Source of the DNA: an uncultured Clostridium sp. | GTDB taxonomy: Bacteria > Bacillota_I > Bacilli_A > RF39 > UBA660 | Assembly (NCBI GenBank): GCA_905199855.1 | Contig: CAJKHY010000002.1 | Span: 8,571 to 72,570 of the forward strand | Length of the DNA: 64,000 nt | Reading direction: 5' to 3' | In this document: positions 1 to 9,169 of the stretch, in pieces | How positions within the stretch are numbered: position 1 is the first letter of the stretch | How the letters are laid out: every line of letters begins with the position of its first letter | Made by a program: the position numbers and the translations under genes | The notes under the pieces: model-generated | The model's input: the letters and a program-made list of their open reading frames with translations, nothing else | What the model was told of the DNA's origin: nothing | Database searches by the model: none

Positions 1-1906
1 CATTGCCTCTTGCTTCTTGGCCAATTGGTTTACCACGACGTGATGTAATATCTCCCATAACACCGCCTGTGTATTCTTCAGGAGCTACTACTACTACTTT
101 CATAATTGGTTCTAGTAATATTGGTTTACATTTGTTTTTAGCTTCTTTTAAAGCCATAGATGCTGCAATTTTAAATGCCATCTCTGATGAGTCTACATCA
201 TGATATGATCCATCAAATAATGTACATTTAACATCTACCATTGGATAACCAGCAAGTACACCAGTAGCTAAAGCTTCTTGCAAGCCCTTATCTACAACAC
301 TAATATATTCTCTTGGTACTACACCACCAACGATATTGTCAACGAATTCATATCCTTTTTCAGGGTTTGGTTCAAATCTAACCCAAACATGTCCGTATTG
401 TCCACGACCACCTGATTGTTTGATATATTTTCCTTCACATTCTGCGGTTTGTGTTAATGTTTCGCGATATGCTACTTGAGGTGCACCAACAGTGGCTTCA
501 ACACCAAATTCTCTTCTCATTCTATCAACGATAATGTCTAAGTGTAATTCACCCATACCTTCGATAACAGTTTGACCTGTTTCATGGTCAGTATGCATTC
601 TAAATGTTGGATCTTCTTCAGCAAGTTTTTGTAATGCTAAAGCCATTTTATCTTGATCATTTTTAGTTTTTGGTTCTACTGCTTGTGCAATAACTGGTTC
701 TGGGAAGTCCATTCCTTTTAAAATAACAGGATTCTTCTCATCACATAATGTATCTGCGGTTGTAGTATTTTTTAAACCAACGATAGCCGCGATATCACCA
801 CAGTAAACTTCATCGATTTCTTCACGGTGATTAGCATGCATTTGTAAAAGTCTTCCAACTCTTTCTTTAACATTTTTAGTTGAATTTAGAATATATGAAC
901 CACTTTTCAATGTTCCTGAATAAATTCTAAAGAATGTAAGTCTACCAACATAAGGGTCAGTCATAACTTTAAATGCTAAAGCTGTGAATGGTTCATTATC
1001 TCCCGGATGTCTTAAAACAATATTACCTTTTCCATCAGTACATTCTATTGCTTCAACATCAGTAGGCGCTGGTAAATAGTCAATAACGGCATCAAGTAAT
1101 AGTTTAACACCTTTATTACTTAAAGCATCACCACACATAAGTGGGAAGAATGTAACATCAAGCGTTCCTTTTCTTATTGCTTTCTTAAGTTCTTCTGCTC
1201 CAATTTCTTCGCCATCTAAGTATTTCATCATTAATTCTTCGTCGTAATCTGCTACCGTTTCAATTAGTTGATTACGCATTTCTTTTGCTTTTTCTAGCAT
1301 ATCACTAGGAATTTCAATTTCTTTTAAGTTCTCTTCAGGTTTGCCATCATATTCATATGCTTTCATAGTAACTAAGTCAATAGTTCCTGTGAAATCACTT
1401 TCAGCTCCAATTGGTAATTGAATTGCAGCGGTTGTTGCCCCTAAACGATCTTTAATTGTTCCTAGACTATATAGGAAGTCAGCGCCCATTTTACCCATTT
1501 TGTTGGCAAATATGATTCTTGGTACTTTGTAGTCATTTGCCTGTCTCCATACTGTTTCAGTTTGAGGTTCAACACCAGCTTGAGCATCGATTAAAGCAAC
1601 TGCTCCATCAAGTACTCTAAGGCTTCTTTGTACTTCTATTGTAAAGTCAACGTGCCCTGGGGTATCAATGATGTTTAAACGATAATCTTTCCAAAAAGCA
1701 GTAGTCGCAGCACTTGTAATAGTAATACCACGTTCTTGCTCTTGAGCCATCCAGTCCATTTGTGATTCACCATCATGGGTTTCACCAATTTTATGAATCT
1801 TATGAGTATGGAATAAAATACGTTCAGTCGTGGTTGTTTTACCAGCATCAATGTGAGCCATAATTCCTATGTTTCTTGTTTTCTCTAAACTTATTTTACG
1901 AGCCAT
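1..1906 (-). CDS. fusA: Elongation factor G, N-terminal part; the gene continues past the window's 5' edge
   Basis: Reverse-strand translation from the ATG at 1906 reads [30 protein letters not shown]..., the GTP-binding EF-G signature. The ORF stays open to position 1. It lies in an rpsL-rpsG-fusA arrangement. The listed +strand ORF at 3..203 is antisense noise. Confidence 0.9.
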   Translation of the reverse strand, partial: MARKISLEKTRNIGIMAHIDAGKTTTTERILFHTHKIHKIGETHDGESQMDWMAQEQERGITITSAATTAFWKDYRLNIIDTPGHVDFTIEVQRSLRVLDGAVALIDAQAGVEPQTETVWRQANDYKVPRIIFANKMGKMGADFLYSLGTIKDRLGATTAAIQLPIGAESDFTGTIDLVTMKAYEYDGKPEENLKEIEIPSDMLEKAKEMRNQLIETVADYDEELMMKYLDGEEIGAEELKKAIRKGTLDVTFFPLMCGDALSNKGVKLLLDAVIDYLPAPTDVEAIECTDGKGNIVLRHPGDNEPFTALAFKVMTDPYVGRLTFFRIYSGTLKSGSYILNSTKNVKERVGRLLQMHANHREEIDEVYCGDIAAIVGLKNTTTADTLCDEKNPVILKGMDFPEPVIAQAVEPKTKNDQDKMALALQKLAEEDPTFRMHTDHETGQTVIEGMGELHLDIIVDRMRREFGVEATVGAPQVAYRETLTQTAECEGKYIKQSGGRGQYGHVWVRFEPNPEKGYEFVDNIVGGVVPREYISVVDKGLQEALATGVLAGYPMVDVKCTLFDGSYHDVDSSEMAFKIAASMALKEAKNKCKPILLEPIMKVVVVAPEEYTGGVMGDITSRRGKPIGQEARGN

Positions 1907-1938
1907 ATTATTTATAATCCTTTCATATTTTTATTATT

Positions 1939-2406
1939 TTACCATCTGTAATGAGCAAATGCTTTGTTTGCTTCTGCCATTTTGTGGGTATCTTCACGTT
2001 TTTTAACTGCTGCACCAGTACCATTTGAGGCATCAATGATTTCAGCCGCTAATTTTTCAGCCATGCTCTTACCATGTCTTAATCTTGCATATTGAGCAAG
2101 CCATCTAAAACTTAATGCTTGAGCACGATCAGCTTTTACTTCAACTGGTACTTGGTAGTTAGCTCCACCAACTCTTCTTGTTTTAACTTCTAAAGCTGGC
2201 TTAATATTCTTCATTGCTTTTTCAAATACCACGATTGGTTCTTCATTAGTCTTTTCTTTTATAATATCAAATGCTTCATAAATGATTTTTTGAGCAGTTC
2301 CTTTTTTACCATCTATCATAATTTGGTTTATTAACTTAGTAACAACTTTTGAATTATATATTGAATCGGGTAACACATCTCTTTTTACTGCACGTTTCTT
2401 ACGCAT
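1939..2406 (-). CDS. rpsG: 30S ribosomal protein S7
   Basis: 155 aa starting [27 protein letters not shown]..., which is the S7 family. It sits between rpsL and fusA. Confidence 0.92.
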   Translation of the reverse strand: MRKKRAVKRDVLPDSIYNSKVVTKLINQIMIDGKKGTAQKIIYEAFDIIKEKTNEEPIVVFEKAMKNIKPALEVKTRRVGGANYQVPVEVKADRAQALSFRWLAQYARLRHGKSMAEKLAAEIIDASNGTGAAVKKREDTHKMAEANKAFAHYRW

Positions 2407-2442
2407 TTTAGTTCCTCCTTTCAGGGTATAATATTAATTATT

Positions 2443-2856
2443 TTATTTTTTAGGTTTTTTTGCTCCATATTTAGAACGACCTTGCATACGGTTTTGTACT
2501 CCAGCAGTATCCATTGTACCACGAATAATGTGATAACGAACACCGATTAAGTCCTTAACACGGCCACCTCTAATTAAGACTACACTGTGTTCTTGTAAGT
2601 TATGACCAATTCCTGGAATGTAGCAAGTTACTTCCATACCATTAGATAATCTAACACGAGCATATTTTCTTAATGCTGAGTTTGGTTTCTTTGGTGTCAT
2701 GGTTCCAACACGAACACACACTCCTCTTTTTTGAGGTGCATTTAAAGAAGTATTTTTTCTTTTTAAAGTATTTAAGCCAATTCCTAAAACTGGTGATTTG
2801 CTTTTTCTATTTTTCTTACTTCTTCTATTCTTAATTAATTGGTTAATTGTAGGCAT
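2443..2856 (-). CDS. rpsL: 30S ribosomal protein S12
   Basis: The tracked ORF is N-terminally over-extended. The true start is the internal Met of [15 protein letters not shown]..., an ATG at 2856 preceded by an AGGAGG ribosome-binding site on the minus strand. The resulting protein is about 137 aa, typical of S12. Confidence 0.9.
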   Translation of the reverse strand: MPTINQLIKNRRSKKNRKSKSPVLGIGLNTLKRKNTSLNAPQKRGVCVRVGTMTPKKPNSALRKYARVRLSNGMEVTCYIPGIGHNLQEHSVVLIRGGRVKDLIGVRYHIIRGTMDTAGVQNRMQGRSKYGAKKPKK

Positions 2857-3302
2857 ATTAAACCTCCTTTCATACACACACCCCGGTGTTTCATTTTTCT
2901 TTTTAAAGATAAGTTTTGTTTTTCTTGCAAAATACAAGCAAAAACAAAACCTATACAGGTAAAGAACATAGTTAATATATCAAAGATAAAGGCTTTTGTC
3001 AATTACTTTTTAATTATTTTTTAATTTTTTCATCTTGATTTCTTGCTTGATATTTATTTAAATACTCACCCCTAAAATAATTATATAAATCTAAAATATT
3101 TTCAATTTCATAACTACATATATAATCATATGCTTACCTCTTATTAAATTATACTATTTTTTTAAATAATTTTCTATAATTATTCATATTATTTTCCTCT
3201 CTTATCAAAGTTTTTCAAAGTCTAAATCATTTTTATTATTTTTATTTTTTCATGTTTCTGGTGAAAAATATATTTTTATTTACTCAAATTAGGTAAAAAT
3301 CT

Positions 3303-3331
3303 ACATTTTTTCTAAATTTACTCATATCCTA
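3303..3331 (+). promoter_or_regulatory. Candidate sigma-K-type promoter (AC - 18 nt - CATAtccTA) upstream of the coat-protein gene
   Basis: CATATCCTA at 3323-3331 matches the -10 consensus CATAnnnTA of mother-cell sigma-K promoters. An AC dinucleotide lies about 18 nt upstream. Position is appropriate for a start about 10 nt before the ribosome-binding site at 3345. Confidence 0.3.
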
Positions 3332-3359
3332 TAATGAAAATAAAGAAGGGGTGGATTAT

Positions 3360-3776
3360 ATGTGCAATAATGAAAATAAAAATTGTGAAAACTGCATTGC
3401 AGATATTTTAAAAGTTATCTATATTCTACAACAAAGTGTTTGTCCTAATGATACTTGTTTAGAATCGTGTGATCGTGGTTTTTTAGGTCAAAGTAGTGCT
3501 ACAATATGTAACACAAGACCAGTAATGCTATATACCTGTGGTAGCAATGGCACACCATGGGCAATGCCTACTACTAAAACAGAAAATGGAACTACTTCTA
3601 CAGTATTTAGAATCGAAAAACTGGATGGTTGCTGTGCAACATTTAGAGTTCTTGAACAAAATCCCGAGCAAGGAAGTATGTACCCATATGTTGCGACAAA
3701 TTCATTTTTCACAATGAACTTAGGTTGTGTATGTTCTCTTAGATGTTTAGATGATACATTTGTAGAATGCATTTAA
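3360..3776 (+). CDS. Cysteine-rich spore coat protein, CotY/CotZ family
   Basis: N-terminal CENCIADILKVIYILQQ and central NTRPVMLYT...TVFRIEKLDGCCATFRVL blocks resemble Bacillus CotZ/CotY (TVFFRVERV..SCATL). There are many Cys. The ribosome-binding site AAGGGGTGG lies 6 nt before the ATG at 3360; the tracked 3351 start is a GTG. Confidence 0.7.
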   Translation: MCNNENKNCENCIADILKVIYILQQSVCPNDTCLESCDRGFLGQSSATICNTRPVMLYTCGSNGTPWAMPTTKTENGTTSTVFRIEKLDGCCATFRVLEQNPEQGSMYPYVATNSFFTMNLGCVCSLRCLDDTFVECI

Positions 3777-3805
3777 AAAGGAACTTTTTATTAGTTCCTT
3801 TTTTC
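3775..3805. terminator. Bidirectional intrinsic terminator between convergent genes
   Basis: AAGGAACT-loop-AGTTCCTT hairpin flanked by an A-run and a T-run. The minus-strand ORF's stop codon sits in the loop. Confidence 0.6.
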
Positions 3806-4150
3806 TTTGTAAATATCTTTAATATCACTGATATTTATATATTCATTATCCATAGTTATTAATTTATCTTTAGTTTTTCCAATAATTTTTTTATTTATTG
3901 TTCTATCCTTTAACACAATAGTAACATCTGCTTTATAGATATAATCATTTGAATGTAAAATATCATATATTTTTCTATCAACACTGCGATAATCAATAAT
4001 ATTTTTTTTAACATAATTATTGGTTAAATTACTTTGATTATTAATCTTGGTATCATTTTCATATAATGTTGAATATACCTTTTGACTATTATTTATTTCT
4101 TTATTTATTGGACTTTTGTACATATTTCCTTTTTCTTTCACCTTTATCAC
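3791..4150 (-). CDS. Hypothetical Lys/Asn-rich protein
   Basis: 119-aa ORF convergent with the cotZ-like gene. No recognisable domain. Confidence 0.4.
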   Translation of the reverse strand: MIKVKEKGNMYKSPINKEINNSQKVYSTLYENDTKINNQSNLTNNYVKKNIIDYRSVDRKIYDILHSNDYIYKADVTIVLKDRTINKKIIGKTKDKLITMDNEYINISDIKDIYKEKRN

Positions 4151-4235
4151 CTAATTTATTTTATTCAAAATGGTTAAATTTATGATAAAATAGATAATGA
4201 AATGGTATAATATAGATAGATGAATGGTGATTTTT

Positions 4236-5363
4236 ATGAAAAATATATCAAAATTTAAAGTAGAAAAAGGTATTCTAATACCTATTATAATTTTTATGGT
4301 GATTAGTATTGTTACAGTTTTCAGTGCCAAATCTTTATTACCCGATTATCAAGCTAACATTTGGCTAAAGCAAAGTTTGTGGTACTTAATTGGTTTTGGT
4401 ATTGCATATTTTATCATGTTTTTAGGCAATGATTTTTTATATAATGCTTCTTATGTTCTCTACGGATTTAATGTAATATTACTTATTTTGGTTTTGTTCA
4501 TTGGAAAAGAAGCTAATAATTCTAAATGTTGGTTTGATATTTTTGGAGTTGGTATTCAACCAAGTGAATTTATGAAATTTAGTTTAATCATTTTGCTCAG
4601 TAGATTAATGAATGAATATAATGCTAAAAATACTAATCCCAGCATCCAAACAGAATTTAAATTTTTACTTAAAATTATGATTCTTGTTTTTATTCCTTCG
4701 GTGTTAACATTTATTGAACCCGATACCGGTGCAGTAATAATTTATTTAGTTATTATGTTTGCTATTTTATTCATTGGTGGAATTAGAAAAAGATGGTTTG
4801 CCTTGGCATTAGGATCACTTATGCTTATAATTGGTGCTTTATTTATCATCTTTTTCTTCAATAAAAATTTATTTATTAAATTGTTTGGGACTTCTTTTTT
4901 CTATAGAATTGACCGAATACTAAATTGGTCTTTAGGCGATGGCGGGCAACTCAATAAATCTTTAATTGCTATTGGTTCTTCAGGAATTTTTGGACATGGT
5001 TTTAATCATACACCATTATATTTTCCAGAATTGCAAACAGATTTTATTTTTGGTGTTTTTGCTTCTAATTTTGGACTTCTTGGTTCAGTTATGTTAATCC
5101 TTCTTCTTATTATTTTTGACATGAATTTAATTTCTAGTGCGTCAAAAACATATGATAACAAAGACAAATATGCCATTGCGGGTATAGTAGGAATGTTGGT
5201 TTTTCAACAAATACAAAATATAGGAATGACAATTGGTCTTCTTCCTATTATAGGAATAACCTTACCATTTATCAGTTATGGTGGTTCCTCTCTAATCAGT
5301 TACATGTTGCTTGTGGGAATTATTTTTAACATATCCAATCAAAGTTTAAGGTACACTAATTAG
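4236..5363 (+). CDS. SEDS-family peptidoglycan glycosyltransferase (FtsW/RodA/SpoVE family)
   Basis: Multi-TM protein with ...GIQPSEFMKFSLIILLSRLM... and a C-terminal LPFISYGGSSL motif typical of FtsW/RodA. The ribosome-binding site GGTGA precedes the ATG at 4236. Confidence 0.8.
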   Translation: MKNISKFKVEKGILIPIIIFMVISIVTVFSAKSLLPDYQANIWLKQSLWYLIGFGIAYFIMFLGNDFLYNASYVLYGFNVILLILVLFIGKEANNSKCWFDIFGVGIQPSEFMKFSLIILLSRLMNEYNAKNTNPSIQTEFKFLLKIMILVFIPSVLTFIEPDTGAVIIYLVIMFAILFIGGIRKRWFALALGSLMLIIGALFIIFFFNKNLFIKLFGTSFFYRIDRILNWSLGDGGQLNKSLIAIGSSGIFGHGFNHTPLYFPELQTDFIFGVFASNFGLLGSVMLILLLIIFDMNLISSASKTYDNKDKYAIAGIVGMLVFQQIQNIGMTIGLLPIIGITLPFISYGGSSLISYMLLVGIIFNISNQSLRYTN

Positions 5364-5641
5364 TACCCAACTTGCACCACCTCACGGCATATGGTGCTGT
5401 CTGCATACAACGATAATTCTCGGTTATCTTTATAGCAGATGTTTTCGACAGTAGCTGCCGAATTTTTATTTTTTAATTCTTAATTTTTTTTAATTTTGCT
5501 ATGCTGTTTTAATTCTATGCTTTAATTTAGATATCATCAAAATTTTGTTTAAATGAGTAAATTTTATTCATGTCATTTTCTCCTTTCCTGATATGTCCAC
5601 TATACTACAAGAAGGAAAATAAAGTCAAACTTCTAAAATTT

Positions 5642-5716
5642 AAAAACGCCCGGTTGTTTTTTGAATATTGGAAGGGTTTTGGTTTGGTTTTTGAAAAACT
5701 GTACGGGCGTTTTTTA
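5642..5716. terminator. Large GC-clamped hairpin flanked by A- and T-runs (terminator-like, either strand)
   Basis: AAAAACGCCCG ... CGGGCGTTTTT perfect 11-bp outer stem enclosing about 50 nt. See the finding on this intergenic region. Confidence 0.4.
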
Positions 5717-5829
5717 ATTTTGGTAATTTTAATATTTTTTTAATTTTTTTATGATAACGGCGTAGAAAGGTAAAAATAATATTGGAATGAATATTAAAAA
5801 ATATTCATATATTTAATCAGGTGGATAAT

Positions 5830-6366
5830 ATGAATATTCTTATTAATAAGTTTTTACTTTTTGGCTTTATTGGCTGGTTTTTAGAAATTATATGTATTTC
5901 TCATACAAAGCATAAATTATCTAATAATCATTTTTTATATACTCCAATTTGTCCCATGTATGGGCTTGGTGGTTTATTTATTTCTCTAGCCATAGCTAAT
6001 ATTAATAATTATTTGCTTATATTCTTTGTCGCCAGTTTAATTGCTATTACAGTTGAATATAGTGTTAGTTATTTTATGGAAAAAATTTTTCATACGAGAT
6101 GGTGGGATTATTCTTACAAAAAATATCACCTTAATGGAAGAATTTCTTTAACAACATCTATTGACTTTGGTATTCTTGGTATTTGTATTAAAATAATGGA
6201 TAAATATTTAAGTTACAATTTTAATCATAGTTATCTTATTTTATCTATTGTGATAATTGACTTAATTATCTCTACTATTATTACTTATAAGATTACTAAT
6301 AAGAAGAAATATCAAAACAATATATTTGCTAAATATATTCAGTTTAAGCTAAGTAATTTGCCTTAA
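5830..6366 (+). CDS. Hypothetical integral membrane protein
   Basis: 179-aa hydrophobic ORF. The ribosome-binding site AGGTGG lies 5 nt before the ATG at 5830. Confidence 0.5.
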   Translation: MNILINKFLLFGFIGWFLEIICISHTKHKLSNNHFLYTPICPMYGLGGLFISLAIANINNYLLIFFVASLIAITVEYSVSYFMEKIFHTRWWDYSYKKYHLNGRISLTTSIDFGILGICIKIMDKYLSYNFNHSYLILSIVIIDLIISTIITYKITNKKKYQNNIFAKYIQFKLSNLP

Positions 6367-6367
6367 A

Positions 6368-8551
6368 CTACATTCTTATTGGATTTATATCTAATTCAAT
6401 ATTTACTTTGTTGTTAGTTTTATAAATGTCGTCTATATTTTTTAACATTGGAAATAATATTTTATTATCTTTATATTTGATAATTATTTGAAAATGGTAG
6501 ATATTATTTACTTTAAATGGATTAGATAAACTTGGTCCTAAAACAATTAATTGACTATCTTTATTTGTATTTAAATACTTTCCTATTTTATTTGCCGATT
6601 CTTGAGCACTGTTATAATCTTTAGATAATATTTTTACTAAAGCTAAATAATAATATGGAGGGTATTTTAATTTTTTTCTAATATTCATTTCCATGTTAAA
6701 GAATGCATCATAATTATGTTCTTTGGATAATGTAATTGCATAGTGGTTTTCGTTATATGTTTGAATAATTACTTCTCCTTCTAATTCATCTCTTCCTGCT
6801 CGTCCTGATACTTGTGATAATAAATCAAAAGTATATTCACTACTTCTAAAATCAGGTAAGTTTAATGAAGTATCTGCATTAACTACTCCTACTAAAGTTA
6901 CTCTAGAAAAATCAAGTCCTTTAGCAATCATTTGAGTACCTACTAAAATATCATATTTTTCATTAGCAAAATCTTCTATTATTTGTTGGTGCATTCCTTT
7001 TTTAGATGTTGTATCTAAATCCATTCTTACTATTCTAGCACCTTCAAATAATTTTTTGAGTTCTTCTTCTAGTTTTTGTGTTCCTACGCCATAGTCTTGC
7101 ATATCACTTTCATTACAATTTGGACAAGTACTAATATTTTTACTACCATATCCGCAGTAGTGGCATCTTAAGGTATCACTTGTTTTATGATATGTTAAAG
7201 TAATATCACAGTTAGGACATTTTACTGTATAACCACAATTTCTACAAATAAGCATTGAAGAATAACCTCTTCTATTTAAAAGCAATATTATTTGCTCTTT
7301 TTTATCTAGTTTTTCTTTTATTTTAGTGATTAATGGATTAGATAAAAAACTATTATTTTTCTTAATCTCTTTTTTCATATCTACGATAGTTACTTTAGGT
7401 AAAGTTTTATGGTTTGCTCTTTTAGATAGTTTTAATAAATGATAATTCCCTTTCAAACTTCTTGCATAGCTTTCAATAGTAGGTGTTGCACTTCCAAGTA
7501 TCAGTGGTATTTGATGGTATTCGCTTCTTAAAATTGCTACATCTTTAGCATTATATCTAGGATTACAGTCTTGTTTATAACTTTGGGAATGTTCTTCATC
7601 AATAATAATGATACCAAGATTTGGCAATGGTGCAAAGATAGCACTTCTAGCCCCGATAACAATACTAACATGACCTTCTCTTATTTTACGGTACTCATCA
7701 TACTTTTCATATTCAGTTAGTCCACTATGAAGGACAGCTATCTTATCTCCAAAAATATTGGTGAATCTTCCTATTATTTGAGGAGTTAAACTAATTTCGG
7801 GTACTAAAATAATAGCACTTTTGCCTCTTTTTAATACTTCTCTTATAACGTCAATATATACTTCTGTTTTTCCACTTCCTGTTACTCCATATAATAAATA
7901 TGTTAAACATTTATCTAAATTATTTTTTATTTCATTACTAGCCAATTTCTGTTCTTCGTTCAATACTACTTTTTTATACGTACTATTACTCCTATATTTG
8001 TAGCGGTATTTCTCTTCATATATAAATTGGATTAATTCTTTTTTCAGTAAAGTATTAATTGTGGAATCTAAACTAGTTATTAATATTCTTTCTTCTTTTA
8101 ATAATCTTTCTAATACTTCTTTCTGTTTTTTATATTTTGTTTGATTTATATATTCTAGTATTGCATCTTTACCTTTATTTAAAATAATATATCTATCTTT
8201 TTTTACATTCATATTTACTTTATTTTTAGCCTTTAGGGCTTTTGGTAACATAGACTGATAAGCACTTATAAGACTACATAAAGTCTTTTCTTTTATTTTT
8301 TTACCTAAATATAATAATTCAGGATTAAGGATAGCATCAGTATCTACCAAAGATATTATTTCTTTAAGTTCATATTTCTCTTCACATATATTTTTTATTT
8401 CTAGTAAAAAACCTTCTAAAGTCATAGTACCAAAAGGTACTTTTACTCGAACACCTATTTTTACATCATTAATTAAATTATTAGGAATAATATATGTAAA
8501 TAATTTATCAACACTTTTAGCTCCAATTTCTACTAAAACACTTGCAAACAT
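6368..8551 (-). CDS. priA: Primosomal protein N' (replication restart helicase PriA)
   Basis: Walker A GVTGSGKTEVY. Cys4 zinc-binding cluster CRNCGYTVKCPNCD...CHYCGY...CPNC. Real start MFASVLVEIGAK at the ATG at 8551 with ribosome-binding site GGAAGAGTGG. The tracked start at 8575 is a TTG. Confidence 0.88.
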   Translation of the reverse strand: MFASVLVEIGAKSVDKLFTYIIPNNLINDVKIGVRVKVPFGTMTLEGFLLEIKNICEEKYELKEIISLVDTDAILNPELLYLGKKIKEKTLCSLISAYQSMLPKALKAKNKVNMNVKKDRYIILNKGKDAILEYINQTKYKKQKEVLERLLKEERILITSLDSTINTLLKKELIQFIYEEKYRYKYRSNSTYKKVVLNEEQKLASNEIKNNLDKCLTYLLYGVTGSGKTEVYIDVIREVLKRGKSAIILVPEISLTPQIIGRFTNIFGDKIAVLHSGLTEYEKYDEYRKIREGHVSIVIGARSAIFAPLPNLGIIIIDEEHSQSYKQDCNPRYNAKDVAILRSEYHQIPLILGSATPTIESYARSLKGNYHLLKLSKRANHKTLPKVTIVDMKKEIKKNNSFLSNPLITKIKEKLDKKEQIILLLNRRGYSSMLICRNCGYTVKCPNCDITLTYHKTSDTLRCHYCGYGSKNISTCPNCNESDMQDYGVGTQKLEEELKKLFEGARIVRMDLDTTSKKGMHQQIIEDFANEKYDILVGTQMIAKGLDFSRVTLVGVVNADTSLNLPDFRSSEYTFDLLSQVSGRAGRDELEGEVIIQTYNENHYAITLSKEHNYDAFFNMEMNIRKKLKYPPYYYLALVKILSKDYNSAQESANKIGKYLNTNKDSQLIVLGPSLSNPFKVNNIYHFQIIIKYKDNKILFPMLKNIDDIYKTNNKVNIELDINPIRM

Positions 8552-8670
8552 AGATACCACTCTTCCTTTATTCAATGAAAATATGATATATCAAATATAT
8601 CATAGTAAGTTATTATTGTCAAGATATTTTTAAACATTTGTTTGAGTATTTTCGTCTTTAAAAAGGCGGT

Positions 8671-9063
8671 CTATATCCACCTTGAATTACTTACATCTAA
8701 GACTTCTTCTTTTTGAAAACTATTTGTAAATAATACTATTGTTTTAATCACATTCCTAATACTATTTTGATTATCTAAAGATACTTGCTTAGCATCAAGT
8801 AACTTACTTAGCCCTTTTTTATATTTTTTATCTTTTACATATAGATATAATGATTTATCGATAGCACTAATGATTTTGAGTTGTCTTTCATCACTAGGAT
8901 CAGCTGAAAAAATTAAATCACGATACCAATCAATTAGTATTTGAGATAAACTATCTCCTTCTTCATATTCGTAGTTAACAATACTATCATAATAAGGACA
9001 AGTACTTAAAATTTTTCTAACTAAAGAATAATCTATTGTTTGAGTTTGAACCATTATTATCAC
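8671..9063 (-). CDS. Hypothetical protein
   Basis: 130-aa ORF followed on the minus strand by a GGUGG...CCGCC hairpin plus U-run terminator at about 8645-8675. Confidence 0.4.
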   Translation of the reverse strand: MIIMVQTQTIDYSLVRKILSTCPYYDSIVNYEYEEGDSLSQILIDWYRDLIFSADPSDERQLKIISAIDKSLYLYVKDKKYKKGLSKLLDAKQVSLDNQNSIRNVIKTIVLFTNSFQKEEVLDVSNSRWI

Positions 9064-9169
9064 CTATCTTTCGAGGCTATTATTACTTATGTTTAAATTA
9101 TAGCATGATAAATTAAATTGTTCAATATATTAGACACTTTTTGTGTCAAATAATACCATTTTTTTGTGG

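Noticed and set aside
3-203. +strand 66-aa ORF at the window start
   Set aside because: It lies antisense within fusA. The minus-strand frame encodes unmistakable EF-G. This is noise.
2857-2937. N-terminal extensions in the ORF track (rpsL to 2937, padR from 21514, eno to 26001, priA to 8575, arcB to 45628, yigZ from 40916)
   Set aside because: Internal ATGs with good ribosome-binding sites and family-typical N-termini are the real starts. Several tracked starts are TTG/GTG artefacts.
2839-3024. Small +ORF overlapping the rpsL 5' end and upstream region
   Set aside because: Low-complexity AT-rich translation that overlaps the true rpsL start and ribosome-binding site on the other strand.
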